From a virus: a stretch of 64,000 nucleotides of DNA. The stretch lies in the IMG/VR virus record IMGVR_UViG_3300025131_000006; one strand, given 5' to 3'. The notes beneath the pieces are model-generated. The model saw nothing but the letters and a program-made list of their open reading frames with translations, did no database searches and was not told where the DNA came from. The position numbers were made by a program, and so were the translations under genes. Shown here in pieces: positions 29,098-37,797 of the stretch (its first letter is position 1; each line of letters begins with the position of its first letter).

Positions 29098-29358
29098 ATG
29101 AAAGTTTATGTTGTGATGGTGGATGCTTATGGCATTGAAACGACTATCCAAGGCCCGGCTTTTCGCGATCCGGAGAAAGCGATTGAGAATGCTCGCGAGC
29201 TTGTGATGGATCATTGGGATGGAGAGCATGAGAGAGAGGTCCGGAGGGCTGACCCGTCGGAAGAGGAGCGTCTTTCGGCACAGGGATACCCCATCTTCTC
29301 TGAGACCTACAATTATGAGAACGACGCAGTGAAGGTTTTTGCTGTCGAGTTACAGTAA
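29098..29358 (+). CDS. hypothetical protein
   Basis: SD AGGA; 86 aa. Confidence 0.65.
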   Translation: MKVYVVMVDAYGIETTIQGPAFRDPEKAIENARELVMDHWDGEHEREVRRADPSEEERLSAQGYPIFSETYNYENDAVKVFAVELQ

Positions 29359-29615
29359 TGGCCATCGACGACGCTATGTTGTGGCTCAAGGGTCTCACTT
29401 ATTCCCAGCGAGACAAGGTCAAAGATTGGATTAAGGAGACTTTCGGCGGAGGCAGCTTGCCCATTTTAGTCGAGCAAGCATTCTTACACATGCCACCCGA
29501 AGTGATCGGCGGCGTATACCAAGGCATCCCAGAATTTGAAGAGAGAAGCCGGGAGTTCTCGGAGAGAGAGATTCTTCGGTTTAAAGAAGAACACTATCCA
29601 CAAAAAACAAAATAG
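29358..29615 (+). CDS. hypothetical protein
   Basis: TAATG coupling; 85 aa. Confidence 0.6.
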   Translation: MAIDDAMLWLKGLTYSQRDKVKDWIKETFGGGSLPILVEQAFLHMPPEVIGGVYQGIPEFEERSREFSEREILRFKEEHYPQKTK

Positions 29616-29634
29616 GAGGAATGGTTTCCAGTGC

Positions 29635-30051
29635 GGGGGTGAACAGGTTTTCGATCATCCAAGTACGCTCATAGATAGCACGCCGAGGATTCAGGTGGCC
29701 TCGTAAAAAACCTGAAAACCAAGCAACTGCCAACAGCAATTACTACGCCGACAAGGTTTGGAGCTTCGGAGTCGCTTGCGACGTCGCTGCACCCTGCCAC
29801 GTTAGCAACCAAGAAGTCGCCCTCTTCGCGTAAGAGGTCGCCCCTGCGTCACCTTTCCTGTGGGTGATGTGGGGAACTAAGCAGGATAGCGGTGGAGCAG
29901 TGGTCATGCCTGCCTGTGAAAAAAGACCGTTCGCCGGGACGTCCTTTTCTCTTTGTGGATGCCCGGATGAACTGAGAGCAAGGAGATAAGCGTGTAGAAG
30001 TCTGGAGTTGTCTTGAGGTGAGACGCGGGTTCGATTCCCGCCACCTCCACC
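29635..30051 (+). ncRNA. ssrA: tmRNA
   Basis: GGGGGTG/CACCTCC-A acceptor with G3.U70, GCGGG-TTCGATT-CCCGC T arm, tag ORF starting GCC AAC (AN..) at 29729. Confidence 0.9.
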
Positions 30052-30330
30052 GGCACTGTGAGCGTTGGCTTGCTGTTTGGGTTCAAAGGCTCAGGCAGTG
30101 ACCCACGCTGGAACTTGCGACAAAATTCATTTACTTTGACCCTGAACGTTTTTTTGTTGCGAGGTGTGTCTGAAATATGACCACAGTGCTTGTTACTTGT
30201 GCGGGAACACATGGGTGTTCAAGGGGTCCGAAAGACCCTGGCCTCGTTGCAAGGTCAATACTCGTCGTGAAGAGCGGCGATAGTCCATGTAAGAGCATCG
30301 TGTGCAACCGCGATGTCGTTCCCGCTCCCT

Positions 30331-30400
30331 GTGGGTGTAGCTCAGTTGGTAGAGCGAGGGTCGCTCCCTGTCGGTGGTTCGAATCCACCTGCCCACACCA
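30331..30400 (+). ncRNA. tRNA-like RNA with truncated anticodon arm
   Basis: Canonical acceptor, D and T arms plus CCA; anticodon arm only AGGG-TCGCT-CCCT. Confidence 0.75.
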
Positions 30401-30492
30401 TTTGCTATGGAAGATGTTCGCGGGTTGTGTGTGCAGCCCACTTCCGGATATGCTATTCAAAACTTGGGTCTTCGCGAGGAGTAGTTTAGAGG

Positions 30493-30651
30493 ATGAAAGT
30501 TAGTGTCGATAGAGTGAAGAACGCTCTGAATAGATTGGAGATTGTTGCTCTCCGGGAAAGCAAGCGTCGTCGTCGCAAGTGGCTTGTGAGGACGTTTGTT
30601 ATGGGTGTTCTCTTCTTTTTCTTTGTGTTAGTGGTAACTCTTCTCCTGTAG
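30493..30651 (+). CDS. small membrane protein (52 aa)
   Basis: MKVSVDRV..RRRRKW + C-terminal TM; stop overlaps the tRNA-Asn 5' end; not in ORF track. Confidence 0.45.
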   Translation: MKVSVDRVKNALNRLEIVALRESKRRRRKWLVRTFVMGVLFFFFVLVVTLLL

Positions 30652-30714
30652 CTCGATTGGCAGAGCGGCGGACTGTTAATCCGTAGGTTGTGGGTTCGAG
30701 TCCCACCAGGAGAG
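30642..30714 (+). tRNA. tRNA-Asn(GTT)
   Basis: GCGGA-CTGTTAA-TCCGT anticodon arm; cloverleaf. Confidence 0.92.
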
Positions 30715-30809
30715 CAATTGCCCCTTTTGATCTGTTCGTTGGTCGGATTAAAGGGGGCATTTTTGTATATATGGTCAAAGCCTGTTTTGTCTTGAATAGG
30801 AGAGGAGCC

Positions 30810-31568
30810 ATGTGGATACGCGGGTGGGATGCCCTGACTGATATAGAGAAAAAACTCTGTCGTATTTACTTTGAACGGAGAGCTTGGTGCTATGCTCCGC
30901 GTCATTCCCGGTACGGAAAGTATGGCCACAAGGGTGTCAAGTTCGCACGGAAGTGGCACAAGGTGGAGAACTTTCTGACTTGGGCGATCCCTCGATACAA
31001 AGCGGGGTGGTGGTTGATCCGCTTGGATTTATCCAAAGGGTATGGTCCAGAGAATTGCGATTTCATTGATCCGAAGCAGGCGATCCGGCAACGTCAAAAC
31101 CACAAGCTCACGCAGTTGACGGCATTTGGTGTGTCGAAGTCACTGTCGGAGTGGGCAGAAGACGACCGAGTGATTCATCCTGCGACGACGCTATCGACAC
31201 GAGTGGGTGCTTTGCGAAAAGCTCTGGCTCTGAGCTTGGACGATCCGATCGGCGTGGAAGATGCCGAGTACTTGCTGGTGGCCCCGCGTCGCCAAGGCGT
31301 CAGGTTGGACTTTCCGAGTCTTCGGGAGAGTGAGGCGTTTGCAAGCGAAGCGATATGGACTGCCGAGCAGGAAGCTTTGGCAGTGGAGAAGCACTTGCCG
31401 GTGGTTGGGATTGTGGCTCCGGAGCCACCGACTCCGGAGCCAGAGTTAGATCTTTCAGAACATCTGATGCGCGAACTCGATGTGATTGAGATTGCCTTGT
31501 CGGCGGTTGAGGAAGAGGGTCATCTTTACAGCGTGCTCCGAGGAGGTTTGGGGGTTCTCCTCAAGTAA
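30810..31568 (+). CDS. HNH-endonuclease-like protein (possibly degenerate)
   Basis: W..VENFLTW..LIRLD..KGYGPENC..TAFG..LSEWAE pattern of phage HNH nucleases; canonical IDRID altered. Confidence 0.6.
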   Translation: MWIRGWDALTDIEKKLCRIYFERRAWCYAPRHSRYGKYGHKGVKFARKWHKVENFLTWAIPRYKAGWWLIRLDLSKGYGPENCDFIDPKQAIRQRQNHKLTQLTAFGVSKSLSEWAEDDRVIHPATTLSTRVGALRKALALSLDDPIGVEDAEYLLVAPRRQGVRLDFPSLRESEAFASEAIWTAEQEALAVEKHLPVVGIVAPEPPTPEPELDLSEHLMRELDVIEIALSAVEEEGHLYSVLRGGLGVLLK

Positions 31569-31712
31569 ACAAGGACTCGACGTATTACAATGCATCTGTG
31601 GCCTTGAATGTGGCGGTCAAGGCGATCTCCCGGATGATGCCAAGGTATGTGGTAGAGTATGTGGAGGAGAACTTGCCAGGTGTTTTGGACGATTTCACTC
31701 AGAGGTTGAAAG

Positions 31713-31910
31713 ATGAGTAAGCTCAGTGAGACTATTGCTCGGTACTGCCTTGAGGAAGGGAGTATTGTGGACTGCGAGGTGTTCGAGGATTGGATTGCGG
31801 CAGCAAGAGAGCAGGAGCGAACGATCGAGGAGATCGTCCAACAGAGCATGGAGCTTCGGGCAGAGTTGGAGACCGTCAAGCAGCTTGGTCGAAATGGGAT
31901 TGTGTCGTGA
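31713..31910 (+). CDS. hypothetical protein
   Basis: 65 aa; coupled to the next ORF. Confidence 0.5.
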   Translation: MSKLSETIARYCLEEGSIVDCEVFEDWIAAAREQERTIEEIVQQSMELRAELETVKQLGRNGIVS

Positions 31911-32206
31911 TGTGCGATCGCAGCGATTATGTGGTGAATCGGGCTTTGATCTTGGTCGAAGCAGTGGACAGTTTGAAGGTTCTCAAGTACGAGCTTTGCC
32001 CCAATGGAACGACTTTGGAGTTGCGTCCCGGTGGCCAATGGTCGATTTGTTATCGCGGTCAGGTCTTGGGAAGGTGGGGTGAATGGGAGCCAGAGCCAGA
32101 GCGAGAGCCAAGCTTTCGCGATGTCGCGTACCTGTATCGTTGCCAATATGGATCGGAGATGGAAGCGTTGGAGGTATGGAATACGTTTGTAGGGGGTGGG
32201 GGATAA
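31910..32206 (+). CDS. hypothetical protein
   Basis: TGATG coupling. Confidence 0.5.
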   Translation: MCDRSDYVVNRALILVEAVDSLKVLKYELCPNGTTLELRPGGQWSICYRGQVLGRWGEWEPEPEREPSFRDVAYLYRCQYGSEMEALEVWNTFVGGGG

Positions 32207-32405
32207 TGCGAACCAGGAGATGGAAAAGATGCCAGATTGGTTGATCGGAATATTGGTCGTTGGGGTTCTTTTTGGGACTCGACCCGGACGTTGGATGTCG
32301 GCAATGGTTCTTGGGTTATTGTTGGGCCGGGGGTTCTCGAACTTTGTCCACGACTACAAAGGTCTTGATTGGAGCGAGGAGTACAAAGACCTTGGCAAAG
32401 ATTGA
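32196..32405 (+). CDS. small membrane protein
   Basis: Two hydrophobic segments; true start uncertain. Confidence 0.5.
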   Translation: MGDNANQEMEKMPDWLIGILVVGVLFGTRPGRWMSAMVLGLLLGRGFSNFVHDYKGLDWSEEYKDLGKD

Positions 32406-32499
32406 TTTCTCTTCTTGACGGGTGATGTGATCGGGGTTACTCATTAAGTATCGCCCAGAACGCGAGAGGAAAAGAACGCCAGAAGAGGAAGCTAAGGCC

Positions 32500-32874
32500 A
32501 TGAAGAGACCAGACACGTAACTTCACCAGAAAGAATTCCCGCCACCTCACAGGGACGCCGTATACGTCATTGTGCGGCAAGATCTCCTCCCTGCCCAAGT
32601 AGCTGTCCAGGCGTGCCACGCAGTTTTGGAGGCTACTCGTCAATTTGTCTCTTCCGAGACACCCCACCCGAACATCATTGTGTGCCAGGTTCCCACCGAT
32701 CAAGATCTTCTTGCGTGGAGCTTGGCGTGTGATCAGGCTTGTATCCGTATTGCGGAGTTCCGTGAGCCGGATATTGGCGATCAGCTAACAGCGATCGCCA
32801 CAGAAGTGGTGCCCCACAAGCACCGTCGTTTTTTTAAAAAGCTGTCTTTGTACCGACCGACGTTCAGTCACTGA
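32500..32874 (+). CDS. PTH2-like peptidyl-tRNA hydrolase with in-frame TAA at codon 7
   Basis: YVIVRQDL..AQVAVQACHA..FREPDIGDQLTAIA..KKLSL motifs; ATG 32500 with SD; TAA 32518-32520 in frame. Confidence 0.75.
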
Positions 32875-32876
32875 AC
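32862..32876. repeat. 15-bp palindrome site 11
   Basis: GTTCAGTCACTGAAC, supplies the PTH2 TGA stop. Confidence 0.9.
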
Positions 32877-32960
32877 TTTGGCGCGCGAAGGCGGCTTTTT
32901 TTGTGCCCGCAAGCTTGATTACTGATCAAGCACAGATCCCCGACACCAGGAGAACCAGAG

Positions 32961-33581
32961 ATGAGAAGACCAGAGATTGACACGAAGACCCAAATCGAAA
33001 GCACACCGAGCTTTGAGCAGCCCACACAGGAAGTGGGTGACGAGATCGCCCACCAGGGAACGTGGGGGTGGCATGCCCTCTCGCAGGTGGACTTCCGCAA
33101 GCTCAAGTACGTTCATAAGATGCTGTGGGAGGCGTATTTATTGTGGCGAAGGGGGAAGATTTGCCCGAAGATTGTGCCGTTCGTTACCTACTTCAATGAT
33201 TGGAGAGAGGTGTGCGAGCATGTGGGGAACATGCATGCACCAAAGGCTCGCATGCGGCAGTATGTGGGCAAGGGCATGCCCATTGCGAAAGGCAATAAGG
33301 GCAGCGGAGAGGACTTCACAGGGGCGTGGTTCGAATTGTCGGGGGTGAAGGATACTCGTGTTCATGACGCCGAGGGGCGTCGCTTGAGCGGAGGGTGGGA
33401 GGTGTTCTTTAGGGATGCATGGAAGATTGTGGAGGCGTTGCGGTGGGCAAGGGTTCCGCATGACACACCGACGGACGCGGTGACGTTCGTTCCGCCGCAC
33501 CGGGAGGTGTGGGAGGCGTTGTATGAGAAGCTTACGAGTCCAGCGGCTTACTGTGGTGAATCCACTGTGCAACCCGAATAG
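32961..33581 (+). CDS. hypothetical protein
   Basis: 206 aa; AGGAG SD. Confidence 0.6.
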   Translation: MRRPEIDTKTQIESTPSFEQPTQEVGDEIAHQGTWGWHALSQVDFRKLKYVHKMLWEAYLLWRRGKICPKIVPFVTYFNDWREVCEHVGNMHAPKARMRQYVGKGMPIAKGNKGSGEDFTGAWFELSGVKDTRVHDAEGRRLSGGWEVFFRDAWKIVEALRWARVPHDTPTDAVTFVPPHREVWEALYEKLTSPAAYCGESTVQPE

Positions 33582-34713
33582 CGTCGGTATCTCCGGTGAT
33601 CTTTCCCGGTTCGTCCGAGAGCTTGACGACCGGGATTCCGTCGCAGTGCGTCATCTTGATCACGATATTGAGTGGCGTGGGTCCAAAGTTGTTGGTCAGG
33701 TTGGTGCCGATACCAAAGGCCACTTGAGCGTCGATCTCGTTGGCTTTGAGGAAGCTGCTGATGTGACCCACCTGTGTGGGGTTGAGGCCATCGGAGAAGA
33801 TGAAGGTCTTGGAGGAGAGGTCGATTCCGAGTTCACGGTAGTGTCGGGACATGCGGCTTGCCCATGCCAAGGGGCACCCGGAGTCGTGGCGAACGCCGCT
33901 GTAGCTTCGAGCGAGGAGACCGTCGAAGTCTCGCAGGAACGATTCGGTGCCAAAGGTGTCTGTGAGGGCGATGCTGACGTTTCCCTTGAAGGTGTCGAGC
34001 CAATCTTCCAAGACGTATCGGTTGGCGTACCTCACTCCTTTCAGGGCCGAGTATCCCATGAAGATCTCGTGGGCTTGGGTGCCGATCGGTTGCAGGTCAT
34101 GCCGGTGGGCCAAGTGGACACAGCTTGTGCCCAAAAAGGTGGCGAAGAGGGGGGATCGTTTCGCGAAAAGATCGACGACTATGTCGTGTCCCAAGCTGCT
34201 GTGGCGTCGTCGAAGTCCGAAGTCCGCAACGGGTTGGCCGATCAGTTGAGAGATCTTCTGCGAGGTTCGGACTCGATAGACTCGTTTTGCGTTCTCGATG
34301 GGGTCCACGCAGTGTTGGAAGTAGAGTTCGCTGATTTGGGCCATAAGGGGCACTTCCCAGAAGATGGCACTCTCCCACGGACCCTCGACCGTGAGGTCCA
34401 AGACGCCGTCTTCGGATACGCAGAACTCGACTTGATTGGCGTCGAACTTGAAGTTTCGCATGTAATCCAAGAAGTGGGGGGGCAAATAGGGGCATCGTTC
34501 CCGCAGGAAGGAGATCTCTTCCGGGGTTGTCCGCAGGTACTCCATGCTTTGGAGGAAGGTGCGGAGGCCATTGACGAACTTGTCAGTATTGAACAGGTAT
34601 CGGGGGTCACGGTCGAAGAATTTGTATTTTACCGGAGTGCCGGGGCAGTTGCGAAGGACGAACGCGGCCATGTTGAACTTGTACAGGTCGTTTTCGAGAA
34701 TGGATCGGATCAT
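33532..34713 (-). CDS. pncB: nicotinate phosphoribosyltransferase
   Basis: SILENDLYKF, WEVPLMA, DFGLRRR, GTQAHE, TDTFG, RHDSG, FSDGL, FGIGT, KLSDEPGK. Confidence 0.92.
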   Translation of the reverse strand: MIRSILENDLYKFNMAAFVLRNCPGTPVKYKFFDRDPRYLFNTDKFVNGLRTFLQSMEYLRTTPEEISFLRERCPYLPPHFLDYMRNFKFDANQVEFCVSEDGVLDLTVEGPWESAIFWEVPLMAQISELYFQHCVDPIENAKRVYRVRTSQKISQLIGQPVADFGLRRRHSSLGHDIVVDLFAKRSPLFATFLGTSCVHLAHRHDLQPIGTQAHEIFMGYSALKGVRYANRYVLEDWLDTFKGNVSIALTDTFGTESFLRDFDGLLARSYSGVRHDSGCPLAWASRMSRHYRELGIDLSSKTFIFSDGLNPTQVGHISSFLKANEIDAQVAFGIGTNLTNNFGPTPLNIVIKMTHCDGIPVVKLSDEPGKITGDTDAIRVAQWIHHSKPLDS

Positions 34714-34768
34714 AAGACGCTCCTGGTGATTGGGTTGCGAATGGCACCTGTGAAGAGGAAGAGGGGTG

Positions 34769-34952
34769 GGAGAGGGAGAGAACGGAGCCCAAGGACTGTC
34801 GCGTCTTGCTTGTGCGCTGCGGTGCCGAGGCACCAACTAAGCCATTGAAGCGTCATTGCCGTTGGCTTGGGCTCCGTTCTCTCCCTCTCCTGTCGCTTGT
34901 AATGTCTTTCTCTCCGTTCTATTTTGCGGTGCACTCACCAAGGGCAGGGAGT
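34769..34952 (-). repeat. leader cassette copy 1 (promoter-like box + 25-bp stem enclosing a 72-nt conserved core)
   Basis: Near-identical to 36670-36857; perfect inverted repeat 34769-34793/34866-34890. Confidence 0.9.
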
Positions 34953-35570
34953 GCTTGGTCTGCTTGTCCGGTTTGCTATGGTCTCCCAAAGTACCTCTTT
35001 TTCTGTTTCGGTCAACAGCTTTGCCTCTTGCGAGTACTCCTTCCAGAGGAGGGCATGTGCTAGATAGCGTCTAGCTCTAGCGAGCGAGGGAGCCGAAGAT
35101 GTATTTAGCCATGTGTCGCCGCTTATGGCTAATGTTTTGGCGGCAGGGATGGCTCTCGAATGTGTACGTGTAAGGGTTTCTAGTAGGGAGGCTCGGAGGT
35201 TGTTGAAAAAGACACGCCGAAGGTCTCTTGCGAGCTGTGAGAGACCTTCGGAGGGGTGGGTTCTCCTCATTCCCCTCAAGATCGTTCCGATTCCTGTTCG
35301 ACAAGGGTTGTGGGGGCTTCGTGCGAACCCGATAATGGGTTTAGGTTGCCTGTGGTCGCCCTTGGGAGAAAGGTCGAGCATTATGAGTCCGATGGTTTCT
35401 GGATCACAGAGCTTCGCTCTTTCTAGCGTTTCCTTTCCGGTAATGGGAGGGGTGTGCCCCGAAACAGTGACGAGCGAAAAGGTATTGTATTTGTTGAGAA
35501 CTGTGTAAAAATCTTGCTCTGGGGGAGGAGGCAAGCGTTCGAATGGGAATATGATGGGGAAGTTTGTCAT
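34935..35570 (-). CDS. hypothetical protein
   Basis: 211 aa; ends TPCPW* inside the cassette. Confidence 0.6.
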   Translation of the reverse strand: MTNFPIIFPFERLPPPPEQDFYTVLNKYNTFSLVTVSGHTPPITGKETLERAKLCDPETIGLIMLDLSPKGDHRQPKPIIGFARSPHNPCRTGIGTILRGMRRTHPSEGLSQLARDLRRVFFNNLRASLLETLTRTHSRAIPAAKTLAISGDTWLNTSSAPSLARARRYLAHALLWKEYSQEAKLLTETEKEVLWETIANRTSRPSTPCPW

Positions 35571-35590
35571 GGTCTTTCTCTTCGGGTGGG

Positions 35591-35797
35591 TCACATCCAA
35601 TCTATGAGGACGGAGTTGGGTGTGCGTGTGCTGTCGTCGCAGTGCACCATGAATTGTCTTTTTTTCTCGGAGAAGTGGCCTTTTTCGACCTCCGACACAC
35701 TCATAAATATTCGCCCGTCACGACTGTATTCAGATATGATCACTTCGGCGTTTGGATCGTGTTGGAGTAGTTCTTGGATGAGTTCTTTGACAGTCAT
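35591..35797 (-). CDS. small hypothetical protein
   Basis: MTVKELIQELLQHDPNAEV-type N-terminus, common in small phage proteins. Confidence 0.7.
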   Translation of the reverse strand: MTVKELIQELLQHDPNAEVIISEYSRDGRIFMSVSEVEKGHFSEKKRQFMVHCDDSTRTPNSVLIDWM

Positions 35798-35816
35798 TTG
35801 ATGGACCTGTGTGTGA

Positions 35817-35831
35817 GTTTAGTGACTGAAC
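35817..35831. repeat. 15-bp palindrome site 12
   Basis: GTTTAGTGACTGAAC, intergenic. Confidence 0.9.
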
Positions 35832-35841
35832 TTTCTGTGGT

Positions 35842-36288
35842 TTAGTCTTCCAAGTATCGAAGAGAATTTCCGTTATTCCAAGCGGTGACGGCTTCTTTAC
35901 TCTCGATAGGGGTGGTCGGCATTTTCTCGGCCATATCTTTGATGAGTTGGGTCATACCGTCCACAGCGGGGAGCCCTTTCATGTGGATCTTCATCTTGCA
36001 TCGGTTCGAGACGAGTACCCAGATAATGCCGTGTTTGTCGGTACGGTGCCGCCAGACCCAATACCGGGCCGGGGAGGATTCCTCTCCGGTGTAGCAGAAG
36101 CTCTGTCGCCCCCAAAGACGCTTGAAGTAGGTGACCTTATCGAAGATAAAGGCCGAGCGAACGAGCATGGACAGGTATTCTTCGGCGAAGTCCACGCTCA
36201 GGACTCGGTGGGGCCACTGCTCAATCTTGTAGACTTCGTCTTCGGAGAGAGCTTTCTTGTATTCGCCGCGAAGGAAGGATGCGATCAT
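35842..36288 (-). CDS. hypothetical protein
   Basis: 148 aa in minus-strand operon. Confidence 0.6.
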   Translation of the reverse strand: MIASFLRGEYKKALSEDEVYKIEQWPHRVLSVDFAEEYLSMLVRSAFIFDKVTYFKRLWGRQSFCYTGEESSPARYWVWRHRTDKHGIIWVLVSNRCKMKIHMKGLPAVDGMTQLIKDMAEKMPTTPIESKEAVTAWNNGNSLRYLED

Positions 36289-36291
36289 TAA

Positions 36292-36639
36292 TCAGTACCC
36301 CATGTAGGTTTGAAAGTCTTGCAGTTCGGAGATCTCAGACATAAAAGAAGGGGAGAAGGAGGTGTCGCGTTCGACAGCGGGGATACGGAGGCGGATTTTG
36401 CCGAGCCGCATTCGAAGGCTCTTGAGTTCGTCGAGGCAGATATACCCCCATTCAAAGGGGTGTCCGTTGATGGAGGCCAAGCCAAAGGCTCGGTTGGAGT
36501 CCATATCGATTTCCGAGATGTACCACGTGGCTTGAGCCGAATTGTGGAACAGTCGTGCGTAGAACTTGGTCTTGCGACCGTTTCCGTCTTGCGTGTAGAG
36601 CGGGGGCACTTTCATGCTTTTCAGAATAAGTTTTTTCAT
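36292..36639 (-). CDS. DUF2958-like protein
   Basis: PPLYTQD..ATWYISE..AFGL..EWGYICLDEL..VERD.SF. Confidence 0.75.
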   Translation of the reverse strand: MKKLILKSMKVPPLYTQDGNGRKTKFYARLFHNSAQATWYISEIDMDSNRAFGLASINGHPFEWGYICLDELKSLRMRLGKIRLRIPAVERDTSFSPSFMSEISELQDFQTYMGY

Positions 36640-36669
36640 TACATAGTCCCTGTAGGAGAGAAGAGGGAA

Positions 36670-36857
36670 GGTGAAGGAGAGAACGGAGCCCAAGGACTGT
36701 CACCGTCTTGCTTGTGCGCTGCGGTACCGAGGTACCAACTAAGCCATTGAAGCGTCATGGTCGTTGGCTTGGGCTCCGTTCTGTCTTTCACCCGTTGTCG
36801 CTTGTAATGTCTTTCTCCTCGTTCTATTTTGAGGTGCACTCACCAAGGGCAGGGAGT
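36670..36857 (-). repeat. leader cassette copy 2
   Basis: Homologous to 34769-34952, with compensatory stem changes. Confidence 0.9.
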
Positions 36858-37466
36858 TCTTTTTCCTTCAAGGTTGCTCCACATATCTCGCAGGGTCTCG
36901 ACGGGCACGAGCTTGGCGTGAGCTTCGATCTCTTTCCATCTCTGTGTGAGATCGTTCCATGTGAGCCAATGGGCTCGGTTGGAGGATGATGGGTCAAACG
37001 AGGGGTCTTTTATCTTTGGGACGTGCCACCGGGGGAAAGCTCTCAGTAGCTCACGCATTCGCACGGTGGGGTCTCGCTCCATCTCTAGTTTGAGTCGATA
37101 TGCTCGACAGACCTCCAAGAGGAGCATCTGGATGCCCTCCTCCCACGGTATTTGGGAGTTTGTGACCTTTGAGTCTATCCCCATCGACAGAGGGGCACCG
37201 ACGTCGCGGATGCATGCAACGTCCAAGAGAATGCCGTTTTTGTACCATCCATAAGCAAAGGCACCAATCGTGTCATCATCTATCAGGTGCCACACATCGA
37301 CAGCCTTGAGGTGTCCCGTAAGTTGCTCGATGGACCCGTCGTATCGGATGACGAAAAGAATCTTATCCGGATAGCTTTCGTTTTCATTTGGAATGAGGCA
37401 GTCGGATATATCGGACCAGAATGGGTGTCTTGATATGTAATCAAAGCACGGTTCTTTGGGAATCAT
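36840..37466 (-). CDS. hypothetical protein
   Basis: 208 aa; ends TPCPW* inside the cassette. Confidence 0.6.
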   Translation of the reverse strand: MIPKEPCFDYISRHPFWSDISDCLIPNENESYPDKILFVIRYDGSIEQLTGHLKAVDVWHLIDDDTIGAFAYGWYKNGILLDVACIRDVGAPLSMGIDSKVTNSQIPWEEGIQMLLLEVCRAYRLKLEMERDPTVRMRELLRAFPRWHVPKIKDPSFDPSSSNRAHWLTWNDLTQRWKEIEAHAKLVPVETLRDMWSNLEGKRTPCPW

Positions 37467-37797
37467 GGGTCTCTCTGTTGATTATCGGCAAAACAAGAAG
37501 AGTAGGGGCACTAAGAATAGCAAGGTGGCCAGGAGGGCGATGCCTCCGGCCACGGTCGTGTATCGGCTCATGGTTGTTCCGTGTGGTCGGTTAGAGCCCC
37601 CAATGCGTGAGGAGGACGGCGACGAGTAGTAGGGCTGCTGCCCAAAAGGTCGCGAGAAGGGGGCCGCGATTGCGGTGCCACCAGAGGGTGTTGTTGGGCT
37701 TTCTCTTATTCATACGGACACCTTGTTCGCAGGTTCTAGGTTTGGAGTGGGTTCGGAACCCACATGTTCGATTACATGTGGGTTATCGCGACCGATT

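Noticed and set aside
33523-34848. 441-aa plus-strand ORF
   Set aside because: Antisense to the clearly recognisable pncB.
34769-34890. NAD riboswitch or known self-cleaving ribozyme upstream of pncB
   Set aside because: The same element precedes an unrelated gene, and I see no hammerhead core; an Rfam scan is still needed.
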